A DNA stretch of 64,000 nt. It comes from Perna viridis (taxonomy: Eukaryota). The notes beneath the pieces were generated by a model, which saw only the letters and a program-made list of their open reading frames with translations, ran no database searches and had not been told where the DNA came from. Within the stretch, counting starts at the first letter, position 1. Each line of letters opens with the position of its first letter. Below are positions 62,401 to 64,000 of this stretch, in pieces. A program made the translations under genes and the position numbers. Location of the stretch: positions 60,181,195 through 60,245,194 of the forward strand of contig CM074513.1 of NCBI GenBank assembly GCA_037379345.1. The letters are read 5' to 3'.

Positions 62401-63513
62401 TTACTTCACCAGTAACTTACCTATTATATTGCCTATACTGAACTTCTCCAGTCACTTACCTATGTTACCTATACTGTATTTCTCCAGTAATTTACCTGTG
62501 TTACCTATACTGTACTTCTCTAGTGTCTTACCTATGTTACATATATTGTATTTCTCCAGTAACTTACCTACGTTACATTTACTGTACTTCTCCAATAATT
62601 TACCTGTTACCTATACTGTAGTTCTCCAGTAACTTACATATGTTACCTTTACTGTACTTTTTCAGTAACTTACCTATATGTGTATGTCACCTATACTGTA
62701 CTTCTCCAATAACTTATCTATGTTATCTATACTGTACTTCTCCAGTTACTTACCTATGTTACCTATACTGTACTTCTTTAGTAATTGTCTGTGTTTTGTA
62801 TCTTTTTCTCTCCATTCGTTAAATATTTTCTTGAATGTAATAGGTTCATGATCTTCCATAATTCGACAAATTGACTGGTGAGAAGGGTATCCATTATGTT
62901 TATTGAATGCCTGAGAAAAAAATATAGGCTAATATAGAAATGTGTCGAAACAAATCAAACCCATTGTTTCCACCTTCAACTCTGAAACTGGTAACTATGA
63001 CGAATTGACAAAATAACTAAATTCTTTATTCGCCCCTTATCATTGAATAAGAAATAATCTAATTCTAATTTGTTGTATGTGAACAGAATAATAGTTGATT
63101 TAGTATAGGAATCTTTAATCAAATTTTGCACGGAGTTATTTGTATTACATAACAAGATGCTAACTTCATTTAAATATTGAAACTTTGTGCGAATTATTTC
63201 AACCTTCAAACTTTTGAATGATGATAAATCTTCAGTATATTAAACTGTCAATAATAAAACATATTTTGTCACTTAACACAAAAAATTACAATAATTTTAT
63301 CATTAATCATTCTTCACTTTAATACAAATCAATTGATCTTGTTTTAATTAATACAATTCTCATTTGTTTATATACCATCACAGAATAAATTAGTTATATG
63401 TTTTTTTTTACCTTGCCTCGTTTAATACCATTCATCGCTGCATTCTCATTGGCTAGTGATCCAACCCAAACATATAGAGGACATGACGGCCCTGTATCTA
63501 AAAGGTAGCTATC
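50493..63513 (-). CDS. Villin/advillin-like protein (gelsolin repeats 3-6 plus headpiece); 5' part lies beyond the window
   Basis: 17 phase-consistent exons (545 aa): 63412-63513, 62754-62910, 59143-59240, 58769-58906, 58351-58437, 58098-58163, 57733-57822, 55612-55695, 55326-55387, 54597-54696, 54251-54337, 54076-54120, 53857-53922, 53498-53623, 52665-52736, 51624-51719, 50493-50654. Motifs DSYLLDTG..YVWVG, IWRVE..GSCYIVL..YYWVG, GKEPTHF, SLNS..WYGK, IFIWIG, HEPETF..W, HLTE..LPLWKQ. Confidence 0.93.
50879..51388 (+). mobile_element. SINE-like element, copy 2 (last intron of the villin-like gene)
   Basis: TSD TTGTGAGTT at 50870 and 51389; (AATC)n tail. Confidence 0.9.
56000..56185. repeat. 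Short ~45-bp tandem repeat (about 4 units)
   Basis: CTTGTCATC.ATTGGTTGGTAATTGTCGCGG.TTAATTCCTT repeated. Confidence 0.8.
57370..57622 (-). mobile_element. Short HINE/MITE-like element in a villin intron
   Basis: AACAAG start, GGACGGAC motif, terminal CCCC..GGGGGACAAAAA hairpin. Confidence 0.5.
59481..61820 (-). mobile_element. 5'-truncated Penelope-like element (Naiad-type RT, no C-terminal GIY-YIG) in a villin intron
   Basis: VVVPADKA, YWIPKLHK, TYDFSTIY, GIPMGTNCAPLLADLFL, FRYIDD; SINE-like copy 3 is inserted near the ORF end. Confidence 0.92.
59870..60392 (+). mobile_element. SINE-like element, copy 3 (nested in the Penelope-like element)
   Basis: TSD TCAATCTTG at 59857 and 60393; (AAAC)n tail. 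Confidence 0.9.
61910..62790. repeat. 36-bp minisatellite derived from a villin exon 3' end plus its splice donor
   Basis: (TTACCTATGTTACCTATACTGTACTTCTCCAGTAAC)n, about 24 units; the last unit overlaps exon 62754-62910. Confidence 0.92.
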
Positions 63514-64000
63514 CTAGAACAAAGATATAGAGGACATGACGGCCCTGTATCTAAAAGGTAGCTATCCTAGAACATGACGGCCCTGTATCTAAAAGGTAGC
63601 TATCATAGAAAATGACGGCCCTGTATCTAGAAGGTAGCTATCCTAGAACAAAGATAAAGAGGACATGAAGGCCCTGTATCTAAAAGGTAGCTATCCTAGA
63701 ACAAAGATATAGAGGACATGACGGCCCTGTATCTAAAAGGTAGCTATCCTAGAACATGACGGTCCTGTATCTAAAAGGTAGCTATCCTAGAACAAAGATA
63801 TAGAGGACATGACAGAACTGTATCTAAAAGGTAGCTATCCTAGAACAAAGATATAGAGGACATGACGGCCCTGTATCTAAAAGGTAGCTATCCTAGAACA
63901 AACATATAGAGGACATGACAGAACTGTATCTAAAAGGTACCTATCCTAGAACATGACGGCCCTGTATCTAAAAGGTAGCTATCCTAGAACAAACATATAG
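63470..64000. repeat. 53/38-bp tandem array derived from a villin splice acceptor plus the exon 5' end
   Basis: CTAGAAC(AAAGATATAGAGGAC)ATGACGGCCCTGTATCTAAAAGGTAGCTATC repeated at least 10 times; runs off the end of the window. Confidence 0.92.

Noticed and set aside
61897-62822. Repetitive ORFs (LPMLPILYFSS..) as genes
   Set aside because: Products of the 36-bp minisatellite, antisense to a villin intron.

Overview
AT-rich animal genomic DNA, probably a bivalve mollusc judging by its repeat families; not prokaryotic. The region ~1.8-26 kb is a nested stack of decayed mobile elements. The outer element is a Ngaro/DIRS-type tyrosine-recombinase retrotransposon (gag, RT/RNase H, YR, SGNH hydrolase). 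Inside it sit (i) a GC-rich 10.6-kb Polinton/adintovirus-like endogenous virus (3633-14249) with ~150-bp TIRs and a 6-bp GATATT TSD, (ii) a DDE transposase remnant carrying two Penelope-like insertions, and (iii) a near-complete LINE. The Polinton has remnants of hexon, penton, integrase, PLA2X, adenain, ATPase and pPolB, plus an unexpected family-A TV-Pol domain in its polymerase locus. The region 26-47 kb holds further TE debris: Ginger, an Ingi/I-like LINE, Naiad-type Penelope fragments, a SINE-like element, HINEs and minisatellites. Host genes are two intact paralogous ORFs (39872-40282, 47867-48292) for tail-anchored proteins rich in PKA sites with a phospholamban-like C-terminus, and the 3' 17 coding exons of a minus-strand villin/advillin-like gene (50493-63513). 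Two of the villin exon-intron junctions have been amplified into tandem arrays.
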